Part shown: positions 19,180 to 28,977 of the stretch, piece after piece
Numbering within the stretch: the stretch's first letter is position 1
How the letters are laid out: every line of letters starts with the position of its first letter
Assembly (NCBI GenBank): GCA_938002255.1
Contig: CALLAL010000003.1
Span: 65,639 to 129,638, forward strand
DNA length: 64,000 bases
From: an uncultured bacterium
GTDB taxonomy: Bacteria; Desulfobacterota; BSN033; UBA1163
Reading direction: 5' to 3'
Notes under the pieces: generated by a model
What the model was told of the DNA's origin: nothing
Databases searched by the model: none
What the model saw: the letters and a program-made list of their open reading frames with translations, nothing else
Program-made: the position numbers and the translations under genes

Positions 19180-19836
19180 ATGTCAAAGGAAAAGAAAATC
19201 CATTATAAACTTGCTATTTTTGATCTCGACGGGACCCTAACTCGTGAGAAGTCCATCTGGGAATACATCCATATTCAGTTGGGGAAGTGGTATGGATTGG
19301 CAGAGGAGTATCAGAAACAGTTTTTAGCAGGAAAGATCTCCTATCAGGAATTCTGTGAGCGGGACGCTGAAGTGTGGAAGGGAATGAAGGTCGAAGAGAT
19401 GATGGAAATAGTAAAAACCGTTCCTTTCCATGCAGGAGTAGATGAGTTGATCTCTTATCTGAAGCGAAAAGGTCTGAAACTCACGGTGGTCTCCTCCGGT
19501 CTCTCTCTTCTATCCGATTGGGTCCATCAGAAGTTCGGTTTTGACTATTCTGTAGCAAACGATCTCCTTCATGAAAATGGTGTTTTAAATGGAAAGGTCC
19601 AGATCCGGGTCCATTACGACAAAAAAGCGGAGTGGGTAGAAAAGATCTTAAGGGAGTTTAATGTGAATCCTGAAGAAACGATTGCGATTGGCGACAGCCG
19701 TGGCGATCTGGACATGTTTCAGATGGTAGGTTTCTCAGTTGCCTTTAATTCATTTTGCTCTGACCTGAATCAAATCGCCAGTGTCTGCGTGCGGAGTCAG
19801 AATTTAACGGATATGATCCCTGCACTGCCAATTTAA
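19180..19836 (+). CDS. HAD superfamily hydrolase, phosphoserine-phosphatase-like
   Basis: Motif I LAIFDLDGTLT and the downstream motifs VVSSG and IAIGDSRGD are present. Confidence 0.7.
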   Translation: MSKEKKIHYKLAIFDLDGTLTREKSIWEYIHIQLGKWYGLAEEYQKQFLAGKISYQEFCERDAEVWKGMKVEEMMEIVKTVPFHAGVDELISYLKRKGLKLTVVSSGLSLLSDWVHQKFGFDYSVANDLLHENGVLNGKVQIRVHYDKKAEWVEKILREFNVNPEETIAIGDSRGDLDMFQMVGFSVAFNSFCSDLNQIASVCVRSQNLTDMIPALPI

Positions 19837-19863
19837 AGGAAAGACGGGGAGAACGGAAAACTG

Positions 19864-20412
19864 ATGCAATGGGAACTCCATTTCATGAGATGGGCGAATG
19901 GATGGTGGGGTTGCCCTCTCCTTGATCATACCCTTCCCTGGCTCACCTATCTCGGAAGCCATTTTGCTGTCATCCTCTTTATTCTAATCAGCTTAATCCT
20001 GACAAGACAGAGGCGGATATTTCGACAGCTTCTTCTGCTTTATGGAACCCAGTCAGCGATTATTTATAGTCTTAAATTTCTTATCCACCGTCAAAGGCCT
20101 TTTCATTTCGCTCAAGAATTGGCTTCGAAACTCTCCAGTGGGCCGGGAGAAATTCTTGACCCCAGTTTCCCAAGTGCCCACGCCGCCTTGAGTTTTATGA
20201 TGGCAACCGTCTTGGCTCACTGGCTTCCTCGATATCGAATGTTATTCTATATCCTTGCAGGATTCATCGCATGGACCCGCATCTATCTGGGGCTTCACTA
20301 CCCTACCGATATGATTGTAGGAGCTGTATTGGGTTATGGGGCTTCAAAAGGATTTTTTTATTATCTCCGAAAGAGAGGATTTGAAGTTCTCCCAATAAGG
20401 AGTCATGTCTAA
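19864..20412 (+). CDS. PAP2 family membrane phosphatase
   Basis: The SFPSAHAA motif is present in a hydrophobic 182-aa protein. Confidence 0.65.
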   Translation: MQWELHFMRWANGWWGCPLLDHTLPWLTYLGSHFAVILFILISLILTRQRRIFRQLLLLYGTQSAIIYSLKFLIHRQRPFHFAQELASKLSSGPGEILDPSFPSAHAALSFMMATVLAHWLPRYRMLFYILAGFIAWTRIYLGLHYPTDMIVGAVLGYGASKGFFYYLRKRGFEVLPIRSHV

Positions 20413-21146
20413 AGAGAGAGAAGAGCTTTTTTCTGCCGGTAGGTTTTTTCCATCTCGATCAATTTTTCTCCAAATTCAAGCGTGTGATTCTTCATCGCCT
20501 CATAGGCTTCCTCTGGATTTCCTGAAAAGACAGCTTCAGCAACCTTTCGATGCATTCCGGCGGGATGGATAAAACGGGGACCAACATCGACCGCAAGGAC
20601 AAGGTTTCTGGTTAATTTTAAAAGAGATCTCACAATGGCTTCGAGAAATCGATTGCCAGACATCTCGGCTAAGATAAAATGAAAGTTTTGTTTAGCTTCA
20701 ACATCTTTTAATAAAGTCGTTGGAGGAAGTTCCTCAATCTCCAAAGCCTCTTTTAACCTTTGGACAGCCACGGGATTGATATTTTGAGTTGCAAGCCGGG
20801 CAACTTCTGGCTCAATTAAAAGTCTGACCTGTAACATTTCAGGGATAGAGACTTTATCAGCCAAGAAGAGATCAAGAAAGGCGTCTCCTAAGTGTTCAAA
20901 AGTGAGGTCAGTCACAAAAGCCCCACCATTGATTCCCTGTCGTGTTTCAATAAAACCTGAGAGTTCTAAAGCGCGTAGAGCTTCACGTATCGCCATCCGA
21001 CTGACCCGGAATTCTTCTGCGAGATCTCGCTCTGAGGGTAATTTTTCGCCCGCCTTAAAATGGCCAAGAAGTATAGATTGTTTAATCTGGTTGATCACCC
21101 CCTCAGAAACTCTGGCTTGTTTTATGGGATTAAATCTGGTAGCCAT
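20409..21146 (-). CDS. GntR family transcriptional regulator, FadR/FCD subfamily
   Basis: The winged-HTH LPSERDLAEEFRVSRMAIREALRAL is followed by a C-terminal FCD-like domain. The ATG at 21146 is preferred over the upstream extension to 21197. Confidence 0.8.
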   Translation of the reverse strand: MATRFNPIKQARVSEGVINQIKQSILLGHFKAGEKLPSERDLAEEFRVSRMAIREALRALELSGFIETRQGINGGAFVTDLTFEHLGDAFLDLFLADKVSIPEMLQVRLLIEPEVARLATQNINPVAVQRLKEALEIEELPPTTLLKDVEAKQNFHFILAEMSGNRFLEAIVRSLLKLTRNLVLAVDVGPRFIHPAGMHRKVAEAVFSGNPEEAYEAMKNHTLEFGEKLIEMEKTYRQKKALLSL

Positions 21147-21174
21147 TTGCTCCAATATTACTATAAAACTTATA

Positions 21175-21186
21175 ATTTTGCAAAAT
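21175..21186. promoter_or_regulatory. Perfect 12-bp palindrome ATTTTGCAAAAT in the divergent promoter between the GntR gene and the CoA ligase, a candidate operator
   Basis: Direct reading. It lies 29 nt upstream of the GntR start. A TTGACA at 21191-21196 would serve the ligase promoter. Confidence 0.3.
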
Positions 21187-21305
21187 ATTATTGACAAATA
21201 TTTAAAAATAATATAAATATTAGACCATTCTTTTGAGATGAGGTTTTTTATAAAATATTACTAATAAATCAATATGTTATAAGATTTTAACATAAAAAAA
21301 TAAAA

Positions 21306-22814
21306 ATGAATCTTGCATCCAATCTTGAAAAATCCGCCTTTTTCTTCCCTGAAAAACCTGCTGTTTGTGAAAACGACCAAACAACAACCTACCGACAGCT
21401 CAATGAAAAGTCAAACAGGATTGCAACAGCATTGATTAAGATGGGGGTTAAGCCAGGAGATTTCATAGGCCTTCTTGCCCCGAATTCAATGGATTGGATC
21501 GCTTTCTATTTTGGTGTTTTAAAGGCTGGTGCTGTGGCAATTACTTATTCCAGCATGTTGAGAGGTGAAGAACTTCCTCTCCTTGTTGGTCATTCAAAAC
21601 CCAAAATCATATTCACTTATGACGAGAAACTGGACGACCTTCTTCGGTTAAAAGATTCGATTGGTCTGGAGAAGATCATCTCTCCCCGCGGCGATCTATC
21701 GTTAACCCGATTAATCGAAATGGGCTCTCCTTACTTTAAACCGATAGAATGTGACCGAGGGGACACAGCAGCTATCCTTTATACCGGCGGGACAACAGGG
21801 ACCCCCAAAGGGGCTATGCTCACCCATGAAGGGATCAATTTCTCCAGTCTTAGCATCGCCTACTTTGAACGAAACACAGAAAACGATCGGGCCTTATGCT
21901 TCATGCCATTTAACCACGTCTTCGGCCAGATCCACATTATGAATGCCACCATCATGACCGGGGGGTGTCTGGAAATCCTTCCCTCTTTTGATCCTGAAAA
22001 AACCCTTGAGCTGATGGCCGCTGGTCGGATAACAAAATTCTTCGCCGTGCCCACCGTCTATGTTCGTCTGCTTGGAGTCAATGGCCTGAGTGAAAAATTG
22101 GGCAAACTCCGTTACTGTTTTTCCGCTGCTGCCTCCCTTCCCAGAGAGATTGTTAAACAATGGAAAGAGCGGACGGGGATTAAAATCTGCGAGTCCTATG
22201 GAATGACAGAAGGAATGCCGGTCACGTACAACCATTATTATCCGGATTGGCATGTTGTAGGATCAGTTGGACAGCCTATCCACGCCGTAGAGGTCCAGAT
22301 CCGAGATACCGCAGGGAATTTACTGGAGCAAGGACAGGAGGGAGAGATCTGTTTTCGTGGACCGATTGTGATGAAAGGATACCTGAACAATTCTGAAGGG
22401 AATCGCACCGCCTTCTGGGAAGGTGGATGGCTTCGATCAGGAGACATTGGCCTCTTTGACGAGGATGGATATCTCTATATCGTTGATCGCCTCAAAGATA
22501 TGGTGATCACCGGAGGCGAGAATGTCTATCCTCGAGAGGTGGAAGAGGTGCTCTATGTCAGGTCTGAAATTCAGGAATGTGCCGTCGTAGGCCTACCGGA
22601 TAAGGAATGGGGTGAACGGGTGACCGCTTTTATCATTCCAAAACCCGGGCAGACTGTGGTTGCAGAGGAGTTAAAACAATTTCTGAAGTCTCGGCTCTCT
22701 CCTTTCAAGGTCCCAAAGGAATATATCCTCGTCGAGGAGATGCCAAAGAGCCCCGCAGGAAAGATTTTAAAAAGGGAGTTAAGAAAACAGTATCTTGAAA
22801 AGAAACCGGATTAA
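21306..22814 (+). CDS. AMP-dependent acyl-CoA synthetase/ligase (aromatic acid or fatty acid CoA ligase)
   Basis: The AMP-binding motif YTGGTTGTPKGAML and the C-terminal GGENVYPREVEEVL are present. Length is 502 aa. Confidence 0.8.
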   Translation: MNLASNLEKSAFFFPEKPAVCENDQTTTYRQLNEKSNRIATALIKMGVKPGDFIGLLAPNSMDWIAFYFGVLKAGAVAITYSSMLRGEELPLLVGHSKPKIIFTYDEKLDDLLRLKDSIGLEKIISPRGDLSLTRLIEMGSPYFKPIECDRGDTAAILYTGGTTGTPKGAMLTHEGINFSSLSIAYFERNTENDRALCFMPFNHVFGQIHIMNATIMTGGCLEILPSFDPEKTLELMAAGRITKFFAVPTVYVRLLGVNGLSEKLGKLRYCFSAAASLPREIVKQWKERTGIKICESYGMTEGMPVTYNHYYPDWHVVGSVGQPIHAVEVQIRDTAGNLLEQGQEGEICFRGPIVMKGYLNNSEGNRTAFWEGGWLRSGDIGLFDEDGYLYIVDRLKDMVITGGENVYPREVEEVLYVRSEIQECAVVGLPDKEWGERVTAFIIPKPGQTVVAEELKQFLKSRLSPFKVPKEYILVEEMPKSPAGKILKRELRKQYLEKKPD

Positions 22815-22973
22815 CATTTGACCAAAACCTTGCTCAAAAAGACACCGTACCTCTTCATCGTTAGGAGGGAGGTCACCCTACTTTCCCTGAAGGAGGTGAT
22901 GTGGGTAGAAGGATAAACAAGTCTTGTTTAATGGTTGTCAATGGATCAAATTCTCTTGATGGAGGTGATGGAA

Positions 22974-23978
22974 ATGAAAAAACATATGGTTTTCATCCTC
23001 GCGGCATTATTCATCCTCGGTTACGTTTCAACAATCTACTTAAACCCTGTGGAAGCCACAGAACTCAGAATCAGCCATATGGCGCCTGCTGGTTCGATCT
23101 ATGACAAGCAGATTACGGCCTGGGCTAAGAAAATTGAAGCGGACAGCAAAGGAAAGTTAACTTTCCGGATCTTTCCTGGTGGCACTCTGATTGGCCCGTT
23201 TGTCACTTATGATGGAATTGAAAAGGGAGTGGCGGATATTGGCGCCAGTTATCGGTATGCCCGGGCAGGTGCTGAATTAACAGGAATGATCTCCATGTTT
23301 CTGGCAGGTCAGCCGGATGCAACAACAGCTTCCCGGATTACTTTAGAAGTATGGAAAAGGTTCCCAGAGTTCGGTAAAGAATGGGAGAGCGTTAAAGTAT
23401 TATGGACCCATGCTTCAGGGCCCGCAGTCGTTGCCACCACAAAACCCGTTCGTGTCATGGCCGATTTAAAGGGACTTTCTTTAAGATCGCCTGTTCCTGA
23501 GGCCTCTGATGCCTTAAGAGAATTGGGGGGCACTCCGGTTAGTATGACCAGCGCCGATATGGTGATTGGTATCCAAAAAGGAACGGTCCATGGGGGGCTG
23601 GTCTTTAAAGAAGCCATTGAATCTTTTAAAATCCCTATCAAATATGTCACAGAATTCGGTATGTACTGCTCCAGTAACTGGTTTATGGTCATGAACTTGG
23701 ACAGCTGGAAGAAATTACCTCCAGACTTACAGAAGATTATTGATGCCAGCCTCGAATGGGGCAGGAACGAATCGATCAAGGCTTTCGATGCAGCAGATGC
23801 CTCTGCTGTGGCTTACGCCAAAAGCCAGGGTGTAGAGTTTATCAAACTGTCACCGGCTGAGGAAGCGGCCTGGTTTGCAAAAGTGGATGCCAGTAACAGA
23901 AAACATGCCGCAGCCCTTGATGCCAAGGGATACCCTGCCACCAAGGTGCTTGAGTTTATCAACAGTATAAGAAAATAG
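22974..23978 (+). CDS. dctP: TRAP transporter substrate-binding protein (DctP family)
   Basis: A signal peptide precedes a DctP-like fold. A GGAGGTGA SD lies before the ATG at 22974. Confidence 0.8.
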   Translation: MKKHMVFILAALFILGYVSTIYLNPVEATELRISHMAPAGSIYDKQITAWAKKIEADSKGKLTFRIFPGGTLIGPFVTYDGIEKGVADIGASYRYARAGAELTGMISMFLAGQPDATTASRITLEVWKRFPEFGKEWESVKVLWTHASGPAVVATTKPVRVMADLKGLSLRSPVPEASDALRELGGTPVSMTSADMVIGIQKGTVHGGLVFKEAIESFKIPIKYVTEFGMYCSSNWFMVMNLDSWKKLPPDLQKIIDASLEWGRNESIKAFDAADASAVAYAKSQGVEFIKLSPAEEAAWFAKVDASNRKHAAALDAKGYPATKVLEFINSIRK

Positions 23979-24065
23979 GAGCCTTACCCTCCACACGGGT
24001 TCGCCTTCCTCTTGATCTGACAGAGGGGGCGAACCAGATGACATACAGAAAAGAGGTGAAAACGT

Positions 24066-24557
24066 TTGGCTTCTGAACCTCCCTTCTCCTTTAAAAAGAT
24101 CCCTCTGTTTATTGCATCTGTTTCATTAATCGTGATGATGCTCGTCACGGTCATCCATGTGATAGGCCGCCTCTTCTTCGCCTCCCCTTTATATGGAGGA
24201 ATCGAGATTATCAGTTTGGCAGGGGTTTTTCTGATCTCTTTTGCCCTGGGATATACTCAAGCGGAGCACTCCCATATCATCATCGAAATTTTAACCCATA
24301 GGCTTCCCAAGCCATTCCAGTCATCCTTAAAGATTTTCTCCCTCTTGATCAGCTCTTGTGCAGTTATTTTGTTAGGATGGGGGGCTCTTCTTTATACCTA
24401 TGATGCCATCATCAAACGTGGCTCAAAAACCCCCATTCTTCACCTTCCGGCTGCTCCTTTCAGGGTGATTTTGGTTTTAGGATGTCTTCTTCTACTGGGC
24501 TACTTTCTCTATCATATCCTTGAGGCCGTGAAACAGATGAAAAGAAAGGAGATTTAG
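24066..24557 (+). CDS. dctQ: TRAP transporter small permease (DctQ family)
   Basis: A 163-aa, four-TM hydrophobic protein located between the dctP and dctM genes. Confidence 0.7.
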   Translation: MASEPPFSFKKIPLFIASVSLIVMMLVTVIHVIGRLFFASPLYGGIEIISLAGVFLISFALGYTQAEHSHIIIEILTHRLPKPFQSSLKIFSLLISSCAVILLGWGALLYTYDAIIKRGSKTPILHLPAAPFRVILVLGCLLLLGYFLYHILEAVKQMKRKEI

Positions 24558-24565
24558 AACAGATC

Positions 24566-25867
24566 ATGAGTCCATTTCTTTGTGGGATTCTCGGTATTAT
24601 TGTCATCCTTACTCTCCTTCTGTTGGGAGTTCCCATAGGAGCGGCGATGATCTTAGTGGGGTTTTTGGGGTTTGCTCATATCACAACCGTTAAAGCCGCT
24701 TTTAATGTTCTTGGAAATGTTTCTTACGGACTGATTTCCAATTATGACTGGTTGGTGCTTCCACTCTTTCTGCTCATGGGCACCGTCTTATTTCGTGCGG
24801 GTTTAGGCCAGAGCCTTTTTAAACTGGCTTATAGCGTTTTTGGAAGGTTACCAGGAGGTCTGGCTATCGCTGCCCTGGGAGCTTGCAGTATTTTCTCTGC
24901 GGTGAGTGCTTCAAGCATTGCTACGGCTGCCACCATCGGAACCACGGCCATTCCTGAAATGAGGAGATATCAATACGATACCGGGTTGGCCACAGGTTGC
25001 ATCGCCGCTGGTGGAACCTTGGGGTTTCTGATTCCGCCCAGTACGATCTTAATTATCTACGGTATCCTCACGGAGACGTCCATCGTAAAGCTCTTTATCG
25101 CGGGGATCCTCCCAGGAATCATTCTGACCATCATGTTTATGGGTATGGTCTTTAGCCGGGTGCGTCTTAACCCATCCATCGCTCCTCGGGGAGAAAGCAC
25201 CACCCTCAGGGAAAAATTGAATGCGGTCGCTGAATGTGGAGAGATGCTTGTACTGATCGCATTGGTCCTCGGAGGCTTGATCGTCGGATGGTTTACCCCT
25301 ACGGAAGCAGGGGCTGTAGCGGCATTCGGCGCAATCGTCTTATCTCTCATTCGAAAGAGAATCGGTTGGCAGGGGATCAAGGAAAGCGTGAAAGATGCGG
25401 TCAAAACGACGGGAATGATTTTCTTTTGCGCAATTGGCGCCTTTATCCTCATTCCCTTTTTCGCCGTGAGTACGATTCCAATGGAACTGGCGAATTACAT
25501 CGTTGGACTGGGTATTCATCCTGTTCTGGTCATGGGCTGTATCATAGTGCTCTACATCATTCTTGGTTGCTTTATCGATACGATGGCCATGGTCCTTCTC
25601 ACCGTTCCTATTTTCTTTCCGGTCATCAAAAACCTTGGCTTTGAACCCATCTGGTTTGGCATCCTGATTGTTCTGTTGGTAGAGATGGCCATGATCACCC
25701 CTCCCATCGGAATGAATGTCTATGTCATTGCCGGAGTGGCCAAGGATGTGCCTATGGAAACCATCTTCAAGGGGATTTTCCCATTCTGTCTCACCATCTT
25801 GGCCTTTATCATTCTCTTGGTCGCCTTCCCGCAGATCGCCCTGTTTCTACCCATTGTCATTAAATAA
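24566..25867 (+). CDS. dctM: TRAP transporter large permease (DctM family)
   Basis: A 433-aa polytopic membrane protein with DctM-like conserved Gly-rich helices. Confidence 0.85.
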   Translation: MSPFLCGILGIIVILTLLLLGVPIGAAMILVGFLGFAHITTVKAAFNVLGNVSYGLISNYDWLVLPLFLLMGTVLFRAGLGQSLFKLAYSVFGRLPGGLAIAALGACSIFSAVSASSIATAATIGTTAIPEMRRYQYDTGLATGCIAAGGTLGFLIPPSTILIIYGILTETSIVKLFIAGILPGIILTIMFMGMVFSRVRLNPSIAPRGESTTLREKLNAVAECGEMLVLIALVLGGLIVGWFTPTEAGAVAAFGAIVLSLIRKRIGWQGIKESVKDAVKTTGMIFFCAIGAFILIPFFAVSTIPMELANYIVGLGIHPVLVMGCIIVLYIILGCFIDTMAMVLLTVPIFFPVIKNLGFEPIWFGILIVLLVEMAMITPPIGMNVYVIAGVAKDVPMETIFKGIFPFCLTILAFIILLVAFPQIALFLPIVIK

Positions 25868-26119
25868 CACTCATGCCTTGTAGATCGATACCATAAGAAC
25901 GACGCATCGAGAATATAACGTGTTTCAAAAAAGAAAAATCTTATGGCAAGGAACCTAACATGAAAATACAAGGGGGAACCACAAACCATTCCATCTTTAG
26001 ATCGCTTCGTGAGCTGCACCATATTCCAGAAATCATGTCGGACCGGCTGGACGGCATGCATACAATGAGGTGCTTCTTGTAATATGTCAAAGATGTAATT
26101 TGGAGAAGGAAAGGAGTGG

Positions 26120-26704
26120 TTGTCAAATCCATACCACTGCGGATATAATTTGCATAGCAAGACGCTTCACACTGCATCTCCAGGGGGAGGCTTGAAGAAA
26201 ACCAGACAGAGTAAGATCAGGCTTCATGTGAATGGCAAGCTTCATGATCTTGAAGTGGGAGACAAACCCCACCAGATCAAACCCTCTCATACGCTTGCTC
26301 ACACGCTCAGAGAAACCCTTGGTTTGACGGGTACAAAACTATCGTGCGATGAGGGAGCCTGCGGCGCTTGTACAGTACTCATGGATGGGAAGGCCGTTCT
26401 CTCATGTATGCTTCTCACAGTCGAGTGTCACGGCAAAACCATTCTCACCATTGAAGGACTTCGAAACCCTGAAACCGGAGAGCTTGATCCTATTCAAAAA
26501 TCTTTCATTGAACATACCGCCTTTCAGTGCGGCTTCTGTACACCTGGAATGATTATGAGCACAAAAGCGTTATTATTGAAACATCCTCATCCGTCAGAAG
26601 AACAGGTGAAGGAGGGACTCTCTGGAAATTTTTGCAGGTGTATCAGCCATTACCATGTATTAGAAGCTATCCGTGCCTTGACGGGTGAAAAAGGACACTC
26701 CTGA
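26120..26704 (+). CDS. [2Fe-2S] small subunit of a xanthine dehydrogenase family enzyme (HcrC/CoxS-like)
   Basis: The motifs CDEGACGACTV and QCGFCTPGM are present. Start is uncertain; a TTG at 26120 follows an AAGGAG. Confidence 0.75.
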   Translation: MSNPYHCGYNLHSKTLHTASPGGGLKKTRQSKIRLHVNGKLHDLEVGDKPHQIKPSHTLAHTLRETLGLTGTKLSCDEGACGACTVLMDGKAVLSCMLLTVECHGKTILTIEGLRNPETGELDPIQKSFIEHTAFQCGFCTPGMIMSTKALLLKHPHPSEEQVKEGLSGNFCRCISHYHVLEAIRALTGEKGHS

Positions 26705-28977
26705 TGGACGAAACGTTTCGACACATCGGAAAGAAAAAAGCAAGAGTGGATGCCCTGGACATTGTCACGGGCAAGGCGAAATTTCTTAACGATCTGAAGT
26801 TTCCTGAGATGCTTCATGGTGCTGTCCTCCGAAGTCCTCATCCCCATGCCTTGATCAAAGACATGGATAAGACAGAGGCTGAGAGCTTACCCGGAGTCAG
26901 AGCTGTTCTCACTTGGAAGGACGTACCAGATTGGAGAGGAGGAACGCCAAGATATACCCGCATTCTTGACCAGAAGGTGAGATATGTGGGAGATGCGGTT
27001 GCTCTCATCGCAGCAGAAGATGAGGAGATTGCCCGAGAGGCAACAAAACGGATCCGGGTCGAATACGAAATCCTTCCTGGGGTATTTGACATGGATGAGG
27101 CGCAGAAACCCGATGCCCCTCAACTTTACGAGCAATTCCCTGGTAATGTGGTCACCCCCGGAATGCCTTTCTTCGGGCCGAAGAGCTTGAGAGAAGTGGT
27201 GATGGGCAATGTGGAGAAAGGGTTTCAGGATGCTGAGGTGATCAGCGAAGGCATCTTTGGCTATGAGAACATCCCCAACCCCATTCCACTGGAATCCCCT
27301 GGAGCAATCGCCCTCTGGGAAGAACCGAACCATCTCACCCTCTGGGTATCCAATCAAGCCTCTTATATGGATAAGATTACCCTGTTCCATGTGACCAACA
27401 GAACCGTCAATGTGCGCATCATTGGCGGTCCCTGTGGGGGAAGCTTTGGTTCGAAATTTATGTCTTGGCAGATTCAATGCTATGCTGCTCTTCTGAGCAG
27501 AGCCACAGGAAAGCCCTTGAAACTCGTCCTCACCAAAGAGGAGCATCTGGCCACCTTTACGTTGAGACCTGCCTCTCGAATTCACGCAAAGGTAGGGATG
27601 AAAAAAGATGGCACCTTGACCGCTATCCAAGGAGAATGGTGGATTGACACAGGTTATTATTCGATGACCACTCAGGCGCAGGTGGCGGTAGGCTGTGGAG
27701 AACTCCAGATCATGGCCCAGTGCTCAAATTGGGATTTGCGAACAAAGATCATCTGCACCAACAGAAATGCCTCCGGGATTGTGAGAGGCTTTGGAGGCCA
27801 AGAATTGAAATGTGCGTTTATCCCTCTGTTAAGCCTTGCCATGGAGAAGGCAGAGATCGATCCCCTCGAATTTTTAAAAAAGAATTTCGTCCAACCTGGA
27901 GGAGGGTACTTTTGGAGGGATGGTATCTGGTATGACTACAGAGGGATTGATTACCGAAAAGTCATGGAAGAGGGTGCAGAACGATTCGGGTGGAGAGAGA
28001 AGTGGAAAGGTTGGTTGAAACCTACTGCTGTGAATGGACCCAAGCGTAGAGGTGTGGGGGTAGGTATCCACGGGAATGCCGATATTGGTGAAGATGCATC
28101 CGAAGCCTACGTAAGACTCTATCCCGACGCTACAGCCACCATCCACTCCTGTGTGACAGAACATGGAACAGGGCAGATTACCAACTACATCCGGATGGTT
28201 GCAGAGGTATTGAAAATTCCCATGGAATGGGTCTCATTGACGCCTGCGGACTCCATGATGACCCCCTATGAATTTGGTCCTGCAGGTTCAAGGGGAACCT
28301 ATGCGATTGGGGCTGCAGTGATTGCAGCTGCGGAGGATGCAAAGAAAACGCTTCTCGAACTGTTCGCAAAGAAGATGAGCCTTCAACCTCAGGATCTGGA
28401 TACAGAGGATGGGTTCGTCTTTGTAAAGGCCAGGCCTGACAAAAGGCTTTCTTGGAAGGCTATGTCCGTTGACCGCACCATCACCGGCTATGGTCGATTT
28501 GAACCCGACTATTCCCTCACGAACTGTATGATCTCTTTCGTCGAGGTAGAAGTGGACACAGAAACAGGAAAGTTGATACTCCTGCGAGTGGTGAATGCAA
28601 CGGATGTGGGTCGAATCATTGACCCTCCGGGTCTTGAAAATCAGCTCAATGGATGCCTCGGTTCAGGGGGAATCGACTCTGCGATTTTCGAAGAGATGGT
28701 ACTCGATCGGAAGAGAGGCTATCTCTTGAATGCCAACTTGATTGACTACAAATGGCGGTCCTTCTTAGAGCTTCCGGTGATAAAGAATGTCGTCCTGGAA
28801 ACGCCTATGCCGACTCACCGTTTTCAGGCAGTAGGCGTAGGAGAAATCGCCACCTCTCCTGGACCATCGGCTATCTTGATGGCTGTCTCAAATGCCATTG
28901 GAAGGTGGGTTCATCACTATCCCCTCACGCCTGAGCGGATCCTGATGGCATTGAGAGGTGAGGAAGCACAGGGATGA
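26704..28977 (+). CDS. Molybdopterin-binding large subunit of a xanthine dehydrogenase family enzyme (HcrA/CoxL-like)
   Basis: A 757-aa protein with aldehyde oxidase/xanthine dehydrogenase a/b hammerhead and molybdopterin-binding regions. It overlaps both neighbours by 1-4 nt. Confidence 0.85.
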   Translation: MDETFRHIGKKKARVDALDIVTGKAKFLNDLKFPEMLHGAVLRSPHPHALIKDMDKTEAESLPGVRAVLTWKDVPDWRGGTPRYTRILDQKVRYVGDAVALIAAEDEEIAREATKRIRVEYEILPGVFDMDEAQKPDAPQLYEQFPGNVVTPGMPFFGPKSLREVVMGNVEKGFQDAEVISEGIFGYENIPNPIPLESPGAIALWEEPNHLTLWVSNQASYMDKITLFHVTNRTVNVRIIGGPCGGSFGSKFMSWQIQCYAALLSRATGKPLKLVLTKEEHLATFTLRPASRIHAKVGMKKDGTLTAIQGEWWIDTGYYSMTTQAQVAVGCGELQIMAQCSNWDLRTKIICTNRNASGIVRGFGGQELKCAFIPLLSLAMEKAEIDPLEFLKKNFVQPGGGYFWRDGIWYDYRGIDYRKVMEEGAERFGWREKWKGWLKPTAVNGPKRRGVGVGIHGNADIGEDASEAYVRLYPDATATIHSCVTEHGTGQITNYIRMVAEVLKIPMEWVSLTPADSMMTPYEFGPAGSRGTYAIGAAVIAAAEDAKKTLLELFAKKMSLQPQDLDTEDGFVFVKARPDKRLSWKAMSVDRTITGYGRFEPDYSLTNCMISFVEVEVDTETGKLILLRVVNATDVGRIIDPPGLENQLNGCLGSGGIDSAIFEEMVLDRKRGYLLNANLIDYKWRSFLELPVIKNVVLETPMPTHRFQAVGVGEIATSPGPSAILMAVSNAIGRWVHHYPLTPERILMALRGEEAQG

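Noticed and set aside
26887-27630. 247-aa minus-strand ORF
   Set aside because: It lies entirely inside the well-supported large-subunit gene at 26704-28977 on the other strand. It has no start context and is a typical antisense ORF of a GC-biased coding region. The same reasoning applies to 7277-7837, 17209-17994, 16738-17199, 58923-59324, 34986-35438 and 50860-51570.
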